Made by a program: the position numbers and the translations under genes. 64,000 nt of DNA from Candidatus Latescibacterota bacterium (GTDB taxonomy: Bacteria > Latescibacterota > UBA2968): contig OZ242320.1 in assembly GCA_965208125.1 (NCBI GenBank), forward strand, positions 4,928,001 through 4,992,000. Direction: 5' to 3'. Below are positions 29,047 to 38,304 of this stretch, in pieces. Below the pieces are notes generated by a model, which saw only the letters and a list, made by a program, of their open reading frames with translations, did not search any database and was not told the DNA's origin. Numbering within the stretch: the first letter of the stretch is position 1; each line of letters starts with the position of its first letter.

Positions 29047-30307
29047 ACTTGGTGTGATCGCAGATGATCTCACAGGTGGGATGATGGTCGCGAGTTTGCT
29101 CGAAAGAGAAGGCGTGCGTTGTCCACTGGTAACATCTGGTGATGCACTCAATACACTCGATGACGATGCACAAGCTGTGGTCGTTGGACGAAAACTCCTG
29201 ATCCAACCCCCTGACGATGCCCGTGCCGATGCAAAACGCACGGCTGAAGCTCTGCTCGCCAAAGGTACGAAACAGATATACTACAAATACAGTGCGCTCT
29301 TTTCATCTACAGCACGTGGCAATATCGGGCCTGTGGCAGAAACGTTGATGGACTTGACCCAGGCCGACCACGTATTTTTTTGTCCCATCTGGAAAAACAC
29401 AACAATCTATCAAGGGCGGTTGTTTCTCGGGTCGATCATGCTACACGAATCACCGAGACGCAATGATCCTGTAACACCGATGACCAATTCCAATCTTGTT
29501 GAAGTACTACAGAAACAAAGTCAGGTCAAGGTTGGTCTTTTGCCATATCAAATTGTGGCGTCAGAAACAGACGCTTGCGAGAACTACATTTCAGAGCAGA
29601 AGGCCCTGGGCGTAAAGTTTTTTATTGTCGACGTGATTGATGAGTCGAATCTTGAGCAATTGGCAACACTGTCCAAGGATTTGCCGTTGAGCACTGGCGC
29701 AGATCTACTCCCTGTGATGCTTGCGCGCAACTGGCAGAGGGACAAAAAGAGCCAACCGAAAACATTACTGCCGCCTGCACCTGGTTATGAAGCCGTTATT
29801 TCTGGGAGTTGCACGGGAAAATCAGTCCGGCAACTTGCGCATTTCGAGCAAACGCATCCGGTGTTTCGCATTGACCTTTTAGAAGCAGCTCAAGACGCCA
29901 ACAGGGTTGACCGCATTGTCGAATGGGCAAAAGACCGATTAGAAAAAGGGCCTGTAGGTGTGGGTACCTCAACGGATCCTGAAGGCGTAAAAAGAGCCCA
30001 GGCGGAGCTCGGGCGCAAAGGCGCTGCAACACTTGCCGATAAGCTTCTGTCCAGTGTTGCCCAGCATTTCTATCAGCACGGTGTACGTAAATTTGTTGTG
30101 ATGGGGGGAGAAACATCAGGGGCCGTCATGGCATCTTTAGGTATAGAGCAAGTTTCGGTGGCGACATTCGACGTTCTCAACGGTGGTTATTGTCATAGTG
30201 CAGGGAGCGATCCATTGTCGTTGGTACTGAAAGCGGGCGGTGTTGGTGAAGACAACTTTATTCATACCGCCCTGGAGCAGATGCGTGAAGCAGACAAAAA
30301 CCAATAA
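29039..30307 (+). CDS. Four-carbon acid sugar kinase (OtnK/DUF1537 family)
   Basis: LGVIADDLTG, STARGNIG, DPVTPMTNSNL, ISGSCT, GGETSGAV and LKAGG.G motifs. Confidence 0.85.
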   Translation: MLELGVIADDLTGGMMVASLLEREGVRCPLVTSGDALNTLDDDAQAVVVGRKLLIQPPDDARADAKRTAEALLAKGTKQIYYKYSALFSSTARGNIGPVAETLMDLTQADHVFFCPIWKNTTIYQGRLFLGSIMLHESPRRNDPVTPMTNSNLVEVLQKQSQVKVGLLPYQIVASETDACENYISEQKALGVKFFIVDVIDESNLEQLATLSKDLPLSTGADLLPVMLARNWQRDKKSQPKTLLPPAPGYEAVISGSCTGKSVRQLAHFEQTHPVFRIDLLEAAQDANRVDRIVEWAKDRLEKGPVGVGTSTDPEGVKRAQAELGRKGAATLADKLLSSVAQHFYQHGVRKFVVMGGETSGAVMASLGIEQVSVATFDVLNGGYCHSAGSDPLSLVLKAGGVGEDNFIHTALEQMREADKNQ

Positions 30308-30317
30308 AGGAATACAT

Positions 30318-30977
30318 ATGGAAGATGATCCCGTTTATGAAATGGCCTTACGCGAGCAATTGGTTTTTTATTATAAAAAAGTTGGAGAGCTTGGCTTAAA
30401 CGAAATGTCCTCTGGCAATCTGAGCGTCCGATTTGACGACAAAATGCTCATCTCTCCCAACCACGCAACCGCAGACAATATTACCACAGAAACGATTGTC
30501 AAAGCCACCTTCGACGGTGAGTATGAAGGCAACCGCAAACCCTCTTCGGAATCGCCCATGCATGGTGCCATCTATAAAAAGCACCCCGAAGCCGGAGCAG
30601 TGGTTCACACCCACTCCGATTACTGCGTTGCGGTATCGTGCCATGTGATGACCCTACCAGGCTTTCACTACCTCATGGGTGTGTTTGGCGGTAACGATGT
30701 GCCCTGTGTCCCTTATTCCACATTTGGCAGCCAATCGCTTGCCGAAGACGCATCCGAAGCACTCTATGACCGCACCGCGTGTCTCCTCGGAAACCACGGC
30801 ATGGTCTGCCACGGACCAACCTTAAAACGCGCTGTCAACCAGGCCTATCGTCTGGAAATCATGTGCCGACAATACGTGCTTTCCCGTCAGCTTGGCGAAC
30901 CAAAATATCTGACCGATGACGATTGGTACGCGTTTCACAACAGAGGCAAGGAAAACCAATACGGCAAAAACGGTTAA
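30318..30977 (+). CDS. Class II aldolase/adducin family protein (FucA/OtnC-like)
   Basis: SGNLSVR, PSSESPMH, VVHTHS and LLGNHG zinc motifs. Confidence 0.9.
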   Translation: MEDDPVYEMALREQLVFYYKKVGELGLNEMSSGNLSVRFDDKMLISPNHATADNITTETIVKATFDGEYEGNRKPSSESPMHGAIYKKHPEAGAVVHTHSDYCVAVSCHVMTLPGFHYLMGVFGGNDVPCVPYSTFGSQSLAEDASEALYDRTACLLGNHGMVCHGPTLKRAVNQAYRLEIMCRQYVLSRQLGEPKYLTDDDWYAFHNRGKENQYGKNG

Positions 30978-30978
30978 G

Positions 30979-31007
30979 AGAGAACGCAATAGATGCTTGC
31001 GTTTTCT
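30979..31007. terminator. Hairpin terminator between convergent genes
   Basis: AGAGAACGCAA-TAGATGC-TTGCGTTTTCT. Confidence 0.65.
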
Positions 31008-31011
31008 TTCC

Positions 31012-33648
31012 CTACCTTCTCAAATCGCGATTAAACTTAAACATCACGTACCGGCCAATCGTGTTTCTCTCGCGTTGCAGCAAATAGTTCGTTTCGCTGA
31101 TCCGTTGAAAGCTCGTGTTCCTGTTCAACAAATCAAAACCTTGCAAACGAAACGAAGCTCTGCCCCCATCCAGGTAATAACTTATGCCTGCATGAATCAA
31201 GGGAATACTCACGGCTTCATCAAAACTTTTAGAATTAAAATTCGCCACATTGGCCTCCACCTCAAAATGCCACTGCTCTGTCGGTGTAAAACCAATGTCG
31301 GTATAATAGCTTGTGCTGAAAAAGACGTTGTCTTCAATAAGCGAAAAATTGGCATCTGTCACACTGATCGATCCCCCCAACATGATATCGAACTTCTCTT
31401 GTCTCCGATTTTCAAAATTGAGATCCAACGTGTGTACAAACACCGTCTGAATATTGTCTTCCCCATTGTGAACCGTTAAGCCTCTGCTCCAATTTTCACG
31501 CGCCTTTGCATTCACCTTAATGCCCAGGGCGCGTATCGGTGTTGAAAAGTCAACCAGTGCAGAAACCGTATAATGAGACGGCACATTGACCGGTGTCTGA
31601 TGCTGTGTAAAATCGTCATTGATTGTCTGCGACCAGCTGATCTTATCCTTTGTATATCCAGCGCTGAGTCGGGTAAATAAAGACGTAAATGAAAAATGAT
31701 CGAATACCGACCATGTAAGGAACACATTGTGACGGTATTCCGGCACCAGATTGAGATTGCCCTGATAAATCGACAGGCGATTGGTCGTATTGGCAACCGG
31801 CAAAAGCTGACCAATCGCAGGCATGTTGACACTTGAGTTGTACCGCAATTGAGTGCGCCGACCTTCACGGTAGTTATTGCTATAACTTAACCGAGGCAGA
31901 AAATAAAAATAATCTGATTTACCAACTGAGCGATTATCTTGCACCTTGTCAAACTGACGCCAGCTTGTGCCAAGCGTCATATTAAATTGACCATTGCTCG
32001 AGCTCCGCTGCAATGACAGCGAAGGACTTAAAAACGTCTCTTGGGTCTTAAAATCTGCGCTCAACTCATCCACAACGGCGCTCGCCTTCCTGACCTGTCG
32101 ATCCAGATCGTTATCCAACGCCCCAGCACTGATGCCTGCATTCACATACCACAACGGCGCAACCTTTTGCACGACCGCTGGCGACACAGTAAATCGAAAG
32201 CTATTTGTATGATTATCGCGAACCTGATCATCCACAACAACGCGGTCGGGTTTGTAGAGCGTTGCCGTATTTGTCCAATTTGATTCCAAATCGCTTTTCT
32301 GATGCGATGCCGACAAACTCGTTTTCACCTGCGTATTGCCATTGTTCAGTTTAATAATATCCGTGCCTTTGATACTTAAATTGAGCTCATCCAAATGGCT
32401 GTTGCTTTGATTGTCATCATCATGGATCAACACATCATTCTGACGCGTATTCCGCAATGCTCGACGCACCATATTGCTTGTCGTAATCCTCAAATCGCCA
32501 TCAATAATCATATTGTGATTGGCATGAAACCGGTGGCGTACACCAAGATTTGCCTTATGCGGTGTCTCTCTCTCATCCTGTGTCAAATCTTCAATCTGAT
32601 CATAGGCTCCATCTACAATAAAATTCTCCGTCGTTGTTTTCTGTTCCAGATCCTTCTGCGTGGAATTAACCAGATAGCTGAAAAAATAGCGATTGTGCTT
32701 CTCGGCGTTATACGACAGATTCAACCCACCTGCCGCAGTCGTGTTTAACCCACTGATCTTACGCCCCCACGATGCATCGTCTTTTCCCGTAAACCGAAAC
32801 TCATTCACATTGTTATACATCCCCAACAATGCGCTCTGAATGGTGCTGGAAAATCGATAGAGCTTTGCTTGTGTATTATAATGGCTGCCCGTACCACCGC
32901 CAGCCTCCGCATTGCCAAAATATCCTTTCTTTTTATCTTCATTCAACAGCAGATTGATGGTCCGATCACGAACGCCATCATCAATACCAGTAAACTCTGC
33001 CTCATCCGTTTTTTTGTCATACACCTGCACTTCATCAATCGCATCCGCTGGCAAATTCTTGGTCGCCACTTTCGGATCGTTCCCAAAAAACTCTTTCCCA
33101 TCCACCAGCACCCTGGTCACATCTTCACCCAATGCTTTCACATTCCCAGTTTTATCTACTTCAATACCAGGCATCTTCCTCAGCAAATCTTCGACCGCTG
33201 CACCTGCCTCCACTTTAAACGCCTTGGCATTAAACGACACCGTGTCCTGCTCAATTGCAATCGGCACATACTCCGCCGTAACCACCATCTCATCAAGCAC
33301 GGCATTCTCCTTCAGAACCCTATCCCCAAGGTCCTCCCCTTGCTCTGGTGGAACCGTAATGTTTTCGTAGATAACCTCCATCCCCACAAAAGAAAACTGC
33401 ATCAGATACGCACCAGCCTTGATATGCTCAATCTGATACAGGCCCTTTTGATCGACAATATCGTGATACTGCAACGTCGAGTCTGCTGGGCTTAACAGCA
33501 CCACGTTGGCATATGTCAACGGCTCGCCCTGCTCATTAATCACTCGCCCCTTGAGCGAATGCTGCGCGAATGCAGGAACAGATAAACTCAGAATAAGAGC
33601 GAAGGCCAACACCGGTTTGAGATATCTGTGTTTGAACCTCGGGATCAT
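31012..33648 (-). CDS. Bacteroidota-type outer-membrane beta-barrel/TonB-dependent receptor with carboxypeptidase-regulatory-like N-domain
   Basis: Signal peptide, GEPLTYANVVL, DTVSFNA, EDLLRKMPGIEVD, VLVDGKEFFGNDPKVATKNLPAD and GNLNLVPE motifs. Confidence 0.85.
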   Translation of the reverse strand: MIPRFKHRYLKPVLAFALILSLSVPAFAQHSLKGRVINEQGEPLTYANVVLLSPADSTLQYHDIVDQKGLYQIEHIKAGAYLMQFSFVGMEVIYENITVPPEQGEDLGDRVLKENAVLDEMVVTAEYVPIAIEQDTVSFNAKAFKVEAGAAVEDLLRKMPGIEVDKTGNVKALGEDVTRVLVDGKEFFGNDPKVATKNLPADAIDEVQVYDKKTDEAEFTGIDDGVRDRTINLLLNEDKKKGYFGNAEAGGGTGSHYNTQAKLYRFSSTIQSALLGMYNNVNEFRFTGKDDASWGRKISGLNTTAAGGLNLSYNAEKHNRYFFSYLVNSTQKDLEQKTTTENFIVDGAYDQIEDLTQDERETPHKANLGVRHRFHANHNMIIDGDLRITTSNMVRRALRNTRQNDVLIHDDDNQSNSHLDELNLSIKGTDIIKLNNGNTQVKTSLSASHQKSDLESNWTNTATLYKPDRVVVDDQVRDNHTNSFRFTVSPAVVQKVAPLWYVNAGISAGALDNDLDRQVRKASAVVDELSADFKTQETFLSPSLSLQRSSSNGQFNMTLGTSWRQFDKVQDNRSVGKSDYFYFLPRLSYSNNYREGRRTQLRYNSSVNMPAIGQLLPVANTTNRLSIYQGNLNLVPEYRHNVFLTWSVFDHFSFTSLFTRLSAGYTKDKISWSQTINDDFTQHQTPVNVPSHYTVSALVDFSTPIRALGIKVNAKARENWSRGLTVHNGEDNIQTVFVHTLDLNFENRRQEKFDIMLGGSISVTDANFSLIEDNVFFSTSYYTDIGFTPTEQWHFEVEANVANFNSKSFDEAVSIPLIHAGISYYLDGGRASFRLQGFDLLNRNTSFQRISETNYLLQRERNTIGRYVMFKFNRDLRR

Positions 33649-34406
33649 CGTTTACCCTTCTTCTTCGCCACGGTCTCCTCGAATTCCACAATCTTCTCGG
33701 CCATAATCTCGGCGAATTCTTTCTGTGTTACCTTCTTACCCCGATCTGGTTTTGACACTGCATCTTTGTCCGGAGGCGTCACATCAACAGAAGTCGCCAT
33801 AAAAGCCGTTTCGCCATTCTTTTCAACAACCAGAATAAGCCCCGGCAAACCATAAAATAAATCAGGCCCAGCAGAAATGGGGATCTCTGGCGTAAACCAC
33901 GCATTGAAGGTATCGTCTCCCATCTTCAGTTCTGCACTCATGCACATATACCCTTGAACCTTTGTCATCTTGTTGGTTAACTTCCACGCCTTCCTCTCCT
34001 TTTCACCAACAATTAGAAAGTCCCGCGTCATAAACGTAACTTGCCGGGTCATCTCATCTTTCGCAAAATCGTAATACACCTTCTCCAATACAGGGCTGGG
34101 CGGTTTTCCCTTGCTCATGAACATAAGCACTTTTTGCAATCCTTTATTCGGCGTTTCAAGTTCGACAGCATCATTTTCATAAAGCGCCTTTTCTGTCGTA
34201 AAATACAAAATCTTTGCCTTTTTTCCCGATGGAGGCAATGTTGCGAGAAAGTTATCCCACCTGGTGGACTTTCCCGTGGTTTTGAAATTGTACTTTGTAA
34301 TCTGGTGATACTTTATAACGCCGCCCGTAATATCTTTCGCCATGCCCTGTCCTGCCGTAAACAAAAGAGCAGAGATCGTTAAAAAATAGAAACACCGTCT
34401 ATTCAC
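33645..34406 (-). CDS. GLPGLI family protein
   Basis: AWFTPEIPISAGPDLFYGLPGLIL signature, K.QGYMC..A, and a signal peptide. Confidence 0.92.
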   Translation of the reverse strand: MNRRCFYFLTISALLFTAGQGMAKDITGGVIKYHQITKYNFKTTGKSTRWDNFLATLPPSGKKAKILYFTTEKALYENDAVELETPNKGLQKVLMFMSKGKPPSPVLEKVYYDFAKDEMTRQVTFMTRDFLIVGEKERKAWKLTNKMTKVQGYMCMSAELKMGDDTFNAWFTPEIPISAGPDLFYGLPGLILVVEKNGETAFMATSVDVTPPDKDAVSKPDRGKKVTQKEFAEIMAEKIVEFEETVAKKKGKR

Positions 34407-34433
34407 AGGACTACCTCCGTTTTAAAGAGCCCT

Positions 34434-35201
34434 TTAGACGCCCGTGGTCAAGAGACCGCCATCCACCGGTAGGGAGGCGCCGGTAATATTACCGGCCGCT
34501 GGCGAGCAGAGAAAGGCAACGGCTCGTCCGATGTCCTCGGGAGTGCCACGGCGCTGCAAGGGTATGTTGGCTTTGAGGTTGTTGGACACGCTGCCCACAG
34601 ATGGAGCCTGAGTGCCAAAAATATGGGTCACGTCCATATACCCCGGCATCACGGCGTTGCAGCGGATATTGTGGGGACCTAAGTCCACAGCCATGCTCTC
34701 GGTGAGGCGCAGCACACCGGCTTTGGCAACTCCGTAGGCCGTATCGTCGGGCCAAGCGCGGTAGGCATGGACCGAAGAGGTACTGACAATGCAGCCTCCC
34801 TCGCCTTGTTGTACCATGATGCGGGCGGCCTGCTGACTGCAAAGAAAAAAGCCTTTGAGACACACATCCAGGGTCAAATCCCAGTTTTCTTCGGTGATTT
34901 CGAGGAAGGTAGCCCCGCTTCCGGCATAGGGGTTGTTAACCAGAATATCGAGGTGGTTAAAACGGGCGATGAAGGCGGTGAACATCGCTTCCACCTGTGC
35001 TCGGTCGGATATATCAGCCTGAAAGAAGTCGGCTTCTCGCCCCTGATCCCGGATCAGTTCCAGGGTCCTGTCGGCATCGGCATCTCGTTCCAGGTCGTTG
35101 ATGCCCACATCACAGCCCGCCTGAGCCAGAGCAAGGGCAATGCCGCGACCGATATTGCGGCGTCCACCAGTGACGAGAGCCTTCTTTCCATCGAGTGACA
35201 T
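34434..35201 (-). CDS. SDR family NAD(P)-dependent oxidoreductase
   Basis: TGGRRNIG, LDILVNN, YGVAK, NAVMPG and VDGG motifs. Start at ATG 35201. Confidence 0.92.
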   Translation of the reverse strand: MSLDGKKALVTGGRRNIGRGIALALAQAGCDVGINDLERDADADRTLELIRDQGREADFFQADISDRAQVEAMFTAFIARFNHLDILVNNPYAGSGATFLEITEENWDLTLDVCLKGFFLCSQQAARIMVQQGEGGCIVSTSSVHAYRAWPDDTAYGVAKAGVLRLTESMAVDLGPHNIRCNAVMPGYMDVTHIFGTQAPSVGSVSNNLKANIPLQRRGTPEDIGRAVAFLCSPAAGNITGASLPVDGGLLTTGV

Positions 35202-35436
35202 AGTGCGATCTCCCTTTTGGCGTAGTAGTGCAAGATTGTTATTTATGAAATATTTGCAAATTTCAATATACGCCAAAAACTGTGCGATGCGATAGAGAAA
35301 GCATGGCTATACCAAACCCCCTGCATCATCTTAAAAATTGCTTTCAATGATGAGGTTTGTTATCATTAATTATCCCTCATTACTGGGAATAAAGCATCCT
35401 ATTCTGCTTTTCATATCTGGGAACTCGCGTTTTGTT

Positions 35437-35913
35437 ATGACAAAAGAAATTGAGCGAAAGTTTTGCGTACGAAAAATGCCAGACTTGACGGCTCGTACGG
35501 GGATAGAAATCTCACAGGGCTATATTTCAGTAGGCGAGAATGGTCCAGAGGTTCGCTTGCGTCGCAAGGACGAGCGATTTTATCAGACTGTGAAAATTGG
35601 TGAGGGTGTACAACGGACTGAGGTTGAGGTGGAATTGAGCCGAGCACAATTTGATACCCTCTGGCTTTTGACCGCGGGCAAGCGGCTGGAAAAAGTGCGC
35701 TATGAGATACCAGAAGGCGTTTGGACGATTGAATTAGATGTGTACCGCGGTCGTCTGGAGGGCCTGGTAGTGGCCGAGGTCGAGTTTGAGACCATAGATG
35801 AAAGTTCGCGCTTTGTTCCGCCCCCCTGGTTTGGACGAGAAGTGACAGATGATAGTCATTATAAAAATGCCTATCTGGCATTGATGGGAATTTCAAATGA
35901 TCACGCGCTGTGA
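35437..35913 (+). CDS. CYTH domain protein (triphosphate tunnel metalloenzyme)
   Basis: EIERKF, QGY, VRLR, EKVRY, ELDVY, AEVEF and PPPWFGREVT.D..Y.N motifs. Confidence 0.92.
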   Translation: MTKEIERKFCVRKMPDLTARTGIEISQGYISVGENGPEVRLRRKDERFYQTVKIGEGVQRTEVEVELSRAQFDTLWLLTAGKRLEKVRYEIPEGVWTIELDVYRGRLEGLVVAEVEFETIDESSRFVPPPWFGREVTDDSHYKNAYLALMGISNDHAL

Positions 35914-37426
35914 AACTTATGTCTTACGCGAGCCTGCTGGGCCGGATATAATAGAAACACTTGGGCTTGAACACAGTAAATCTCTGCCTGAGAAAGAGGA
36001 AATTGCTCAGTATTTCGACACATTTGACTGGCGCTTGTATCAAAAGGGACTCGCGCTGATACAGGCGAGAAATGCGGTGTATTTACAGCGGATTTCAGAT
36101 GCTGAATACCCTTTGGTGCGCGATCAGACCGAAATGAAACAAAACTTGGAAGGCCGCTTCTGGTGGATGTTTCCAGAGGGCGAGTTACGCGACACACTAC
36201 GGGGCGCGCTCTCAGTTCGCGCACTGTTACTTCAAGCACAGGTGAGGCAGAAGGTTTGCGGATTTGGCGTTTTGAATACAGATGAAAAGACAGTTGTTCG
36301 GTTGTTTCTCACGCATACCAGCACGGAAAACGGACACGTTGCGACTTTGACTTGCCGAAGCGTGCGGGGATATGAGCGCGATTTTGAGAATTTACGCCGT
36401 CGTTTTCTGAAATTGGATGTGGCACATGCGGCAGAAGATGTATTTGAGCGCGTGATGAATCTCGCAGGATGCGTGCCGGGCGATTATTCCTCAAAGCTCA
36501 ATCTCAACCTGAATCGCGAGGCGGGTGGGCGCGAGGCGGCTTGCGATATTTTGAAGCACTTGCACGATGTAATGCGCCAAAATGAAGCGGGCATTCGCGC
36601 GGATTGGGATACGGAATTTTTGCACGATTTTCGGGTTGCGATTCGGCGCACGCGGTCGGCGCTTAGTCAAATCAAAGGCGTTTTGCCCGAAGATTCTGTA
36701 GAACATTTTAAGGATGAGTTTCGAGAATTGGGCAGATCGACCAATCGGTTGCGCGATCTGGACGTGTATTTACTCGAAGAAGAGACTTATCGCGCGATGT
36801 TGCCCCGGTCACTGCAACCCGGCCTGGACGCCGTGTTTTCGCGCTTAAAAAGCGAGCGTCGGCGTGCCCTTAACGATATGGTGCAGGTTATCGAGACGCC
36901 CGAATATCTGGGTCTGGTGGATTCATGGGCGGCTTTTTTGCAGGGGGCACAGTCTCAGAGGGGGAGGGATTCCGCTGTGCCGGCTATAGCCCTTGCGCGA
37001 AAATTTATTTTTAAACGCTTTAAGCAGGTGCTCAAAAGAGGCCAGGCGATTGGAGACGATACGCCCGACGAAGCATTGCACAATTTGCGAATCGACTGCA
37101 AAAAATTGCGGTATTTGTTGGAGTTTTTTGCCTCATTTTTTCCCAAAAATAAGATGGATAAACTCATCGGGTATATGAAGAAATTGCAGGATAATCTGGG
37201 AGATTTTAACGATTTATCGGTACAACAGGAGGAATTGACGACCTATTTAAACGAGGTATTGCCCCGCAGTCGGCGTGCAGACCGCCTGCTTTGCGCTGCA
37301 GCTATTGGCGGGCTTATTGCGCGTTTGCACAGCCAGCAGCAAGTTGTTCGGCGCGAATTTGCCAGTGCTTTTGCCATTTATGCGAAAAAGAAAAATGTTC
37401 GTTTGTACCGCGATTTATTTGGATAG
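35897..37426 (+). CDS. CHAD domain protein with N-terminal CYTH-like region
   Basis: YFDTFDWRL, EFLHDFRVAIRRTRS, RDLDV, LHNLRIDCKKLRY and LQDNLGDFND motifs. Confidence 0.9.
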   Translation: MITRCETYVLREPAGPDIIETLGLEHSKSLPEKEEIAQYFDTFDWRLYQKGLALIQARNAVYLQRISDAEYPLVRDQTEMKQNLEGRFWWMFPEGELRDTLRGALSVRALLLQAQVRQKVCGFGVLNTDEKTVVRLFLTHTSTENGHVATLTCRSVRGYERDFENLRRRFLKLDVAHAAEDVFERVMNLAGCVPGDYSSKLNLNLNREAGGREAACDILKHLHDVMRQNEAGIRADWDTEFLHDFRVAIRRTRSALSQIKGVLPEDSVEHFKDEFRELGRSTNRLRDLDVYLLEEETYRAMLPRSLQPGLDAVFSRLKSERRRALNDMVQVIETPEYLGLVDSWAAFLQGAQSQRGRDSAVPAIALARKFIFKRFKQVLKRGQAIGDDTPDEALHNLRIDCKKLRYLLEFFASFFPKNKMDKLIGYMKKLQDNLGDFNDLSVQQEELTTYLNEVLPRSRRADRLLCAAAIGGLIARLHSQQQVVRREFASAFAIYAKKKNVRLYRDLFG

Positions 37427-37448
37427 TGAATCTCATTGAGGAGCGGGT

Positions 37449-38207
37449 GTGAGTATCTTTGCGTTGTACAGCATGAAAGGTGGCGTAGGGAAAACCGCCG
37501 CCGCCGTGAATCTGGCTTATGAAGCGGTTCAATCCGGTGCTACCGCTTTGCTGTGCGATTTAGACCCTCAAGGGGCTGCGGCTTTTTATTTTCGCATCCG
37601 CGCAAAGAAGAAGTTTGGACGCAAGCGTTTCTTGAAGGGCGGCAAGCACTTAGAGAATAATATTCGAGGGACGGACTTTGAAGGTCTGGACTTATTGCCT
37701 TCGGCTATGTCTTTTCGCAATATGGATTTGGGGTTGGACGATCGGGCGGAAAACAAAAGCTATTTGAAGCGTCTGTTGACGCCAATGCAGAAAGAGTACG
37801 ATTATATTTTTTTAGATTGCCCGCCCAACCTGACGCTCCTCGCCGAGCATGTTTTCAGGGCGGCCGATTATGTGGTTGTTCCGTGTATTCCGACGACTCT
37901 GTCGATGTTGACACATAAAAAATTGGTAGATTTTTTTAAAAAAAATAAATTAAAACGCAGAAAATTGGTGTCGTTTTTTTCAATGGTGGAACAGCGCAAA
38001 ACAATGCACAAAGACACGATCGCACAGGTGGGCGAGCGAGAGGAAAAATTTCTGAATGCACAAATTCCTTATACGACGGATGTGGAGCGGATGGGCTGGG
38101 CGAGACAACCCGTGGCATGCTTCAGGCCGCGTGCAAAGGCAACTCAGGCGTATCGGGAACTGTGGACAGAATTGCAAATGCTTGGACGAATAGACGGAGC
38201 GAGGTAA
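37449..38207 (+). CDS. ParA/Soj family ATPase (no adjacent parB)
   Basis: KGGVGKT deviant Walker A, DLDPQG and LDCPP motifs. Confidence 0.92.
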   Translation: MSIFALYSMKGGVGKTAAAVNLAYEAVQSGATALLCDLDPQGAAAFYFRIRAKKKFGRKRFLKGGKHLENNIRGTDFEGLDLLPSAMSFRNMDLGLDDRAENKSYLKRLLTPMQKEYDYIFLDCPPNLTLLAEHVFRAADYVVVPCIPTTLSMLTHKKLVDFFKKNKLKRRKLVSFFSMVEQRKTMHKDTIAQVGEREEKFLNAQIPYTTDVERMGWARQPVACFRPRAKATQAYRELWTELQMLGRIDGAR

Positions 38208-38300
38208 AACTGGTCGTTTCCCAGACCAGTTCATAGACGAATAGACGCCCCCTCCTCACCACCCAAAGGCAGTGCGAACGCCATTCGCAGATTCGTTTGC
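38185..38300. repeat. Composite intergenic repeat, copy A
   Basis: GACGAATAGACG x2 flanking the hairpin AACTGGTC/GACCAGTT. Similar to 55829-55922. Confidence 0.6.
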
Positions 38301-38304
38301 AGCC

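Noticed and set aside
35217-35232. TGGCGTAGTAGTGCA as a second sigma54 promoter
   Set aside because: GG-to-GC spacing is one base short of the strict -24/-12 requirement.
22857-35436. Integrative element or prophage at tRNA-Arg
   Set aside because: No integrase, no phage genes and no duplicated tRNA 3' end were found by eye.
38185-38247. 12-bp direct repeats with a spacer as a mini CRISPR array
   Set aside because: Only two short units, the spacer is conserved between loci, and there are no cas genes.
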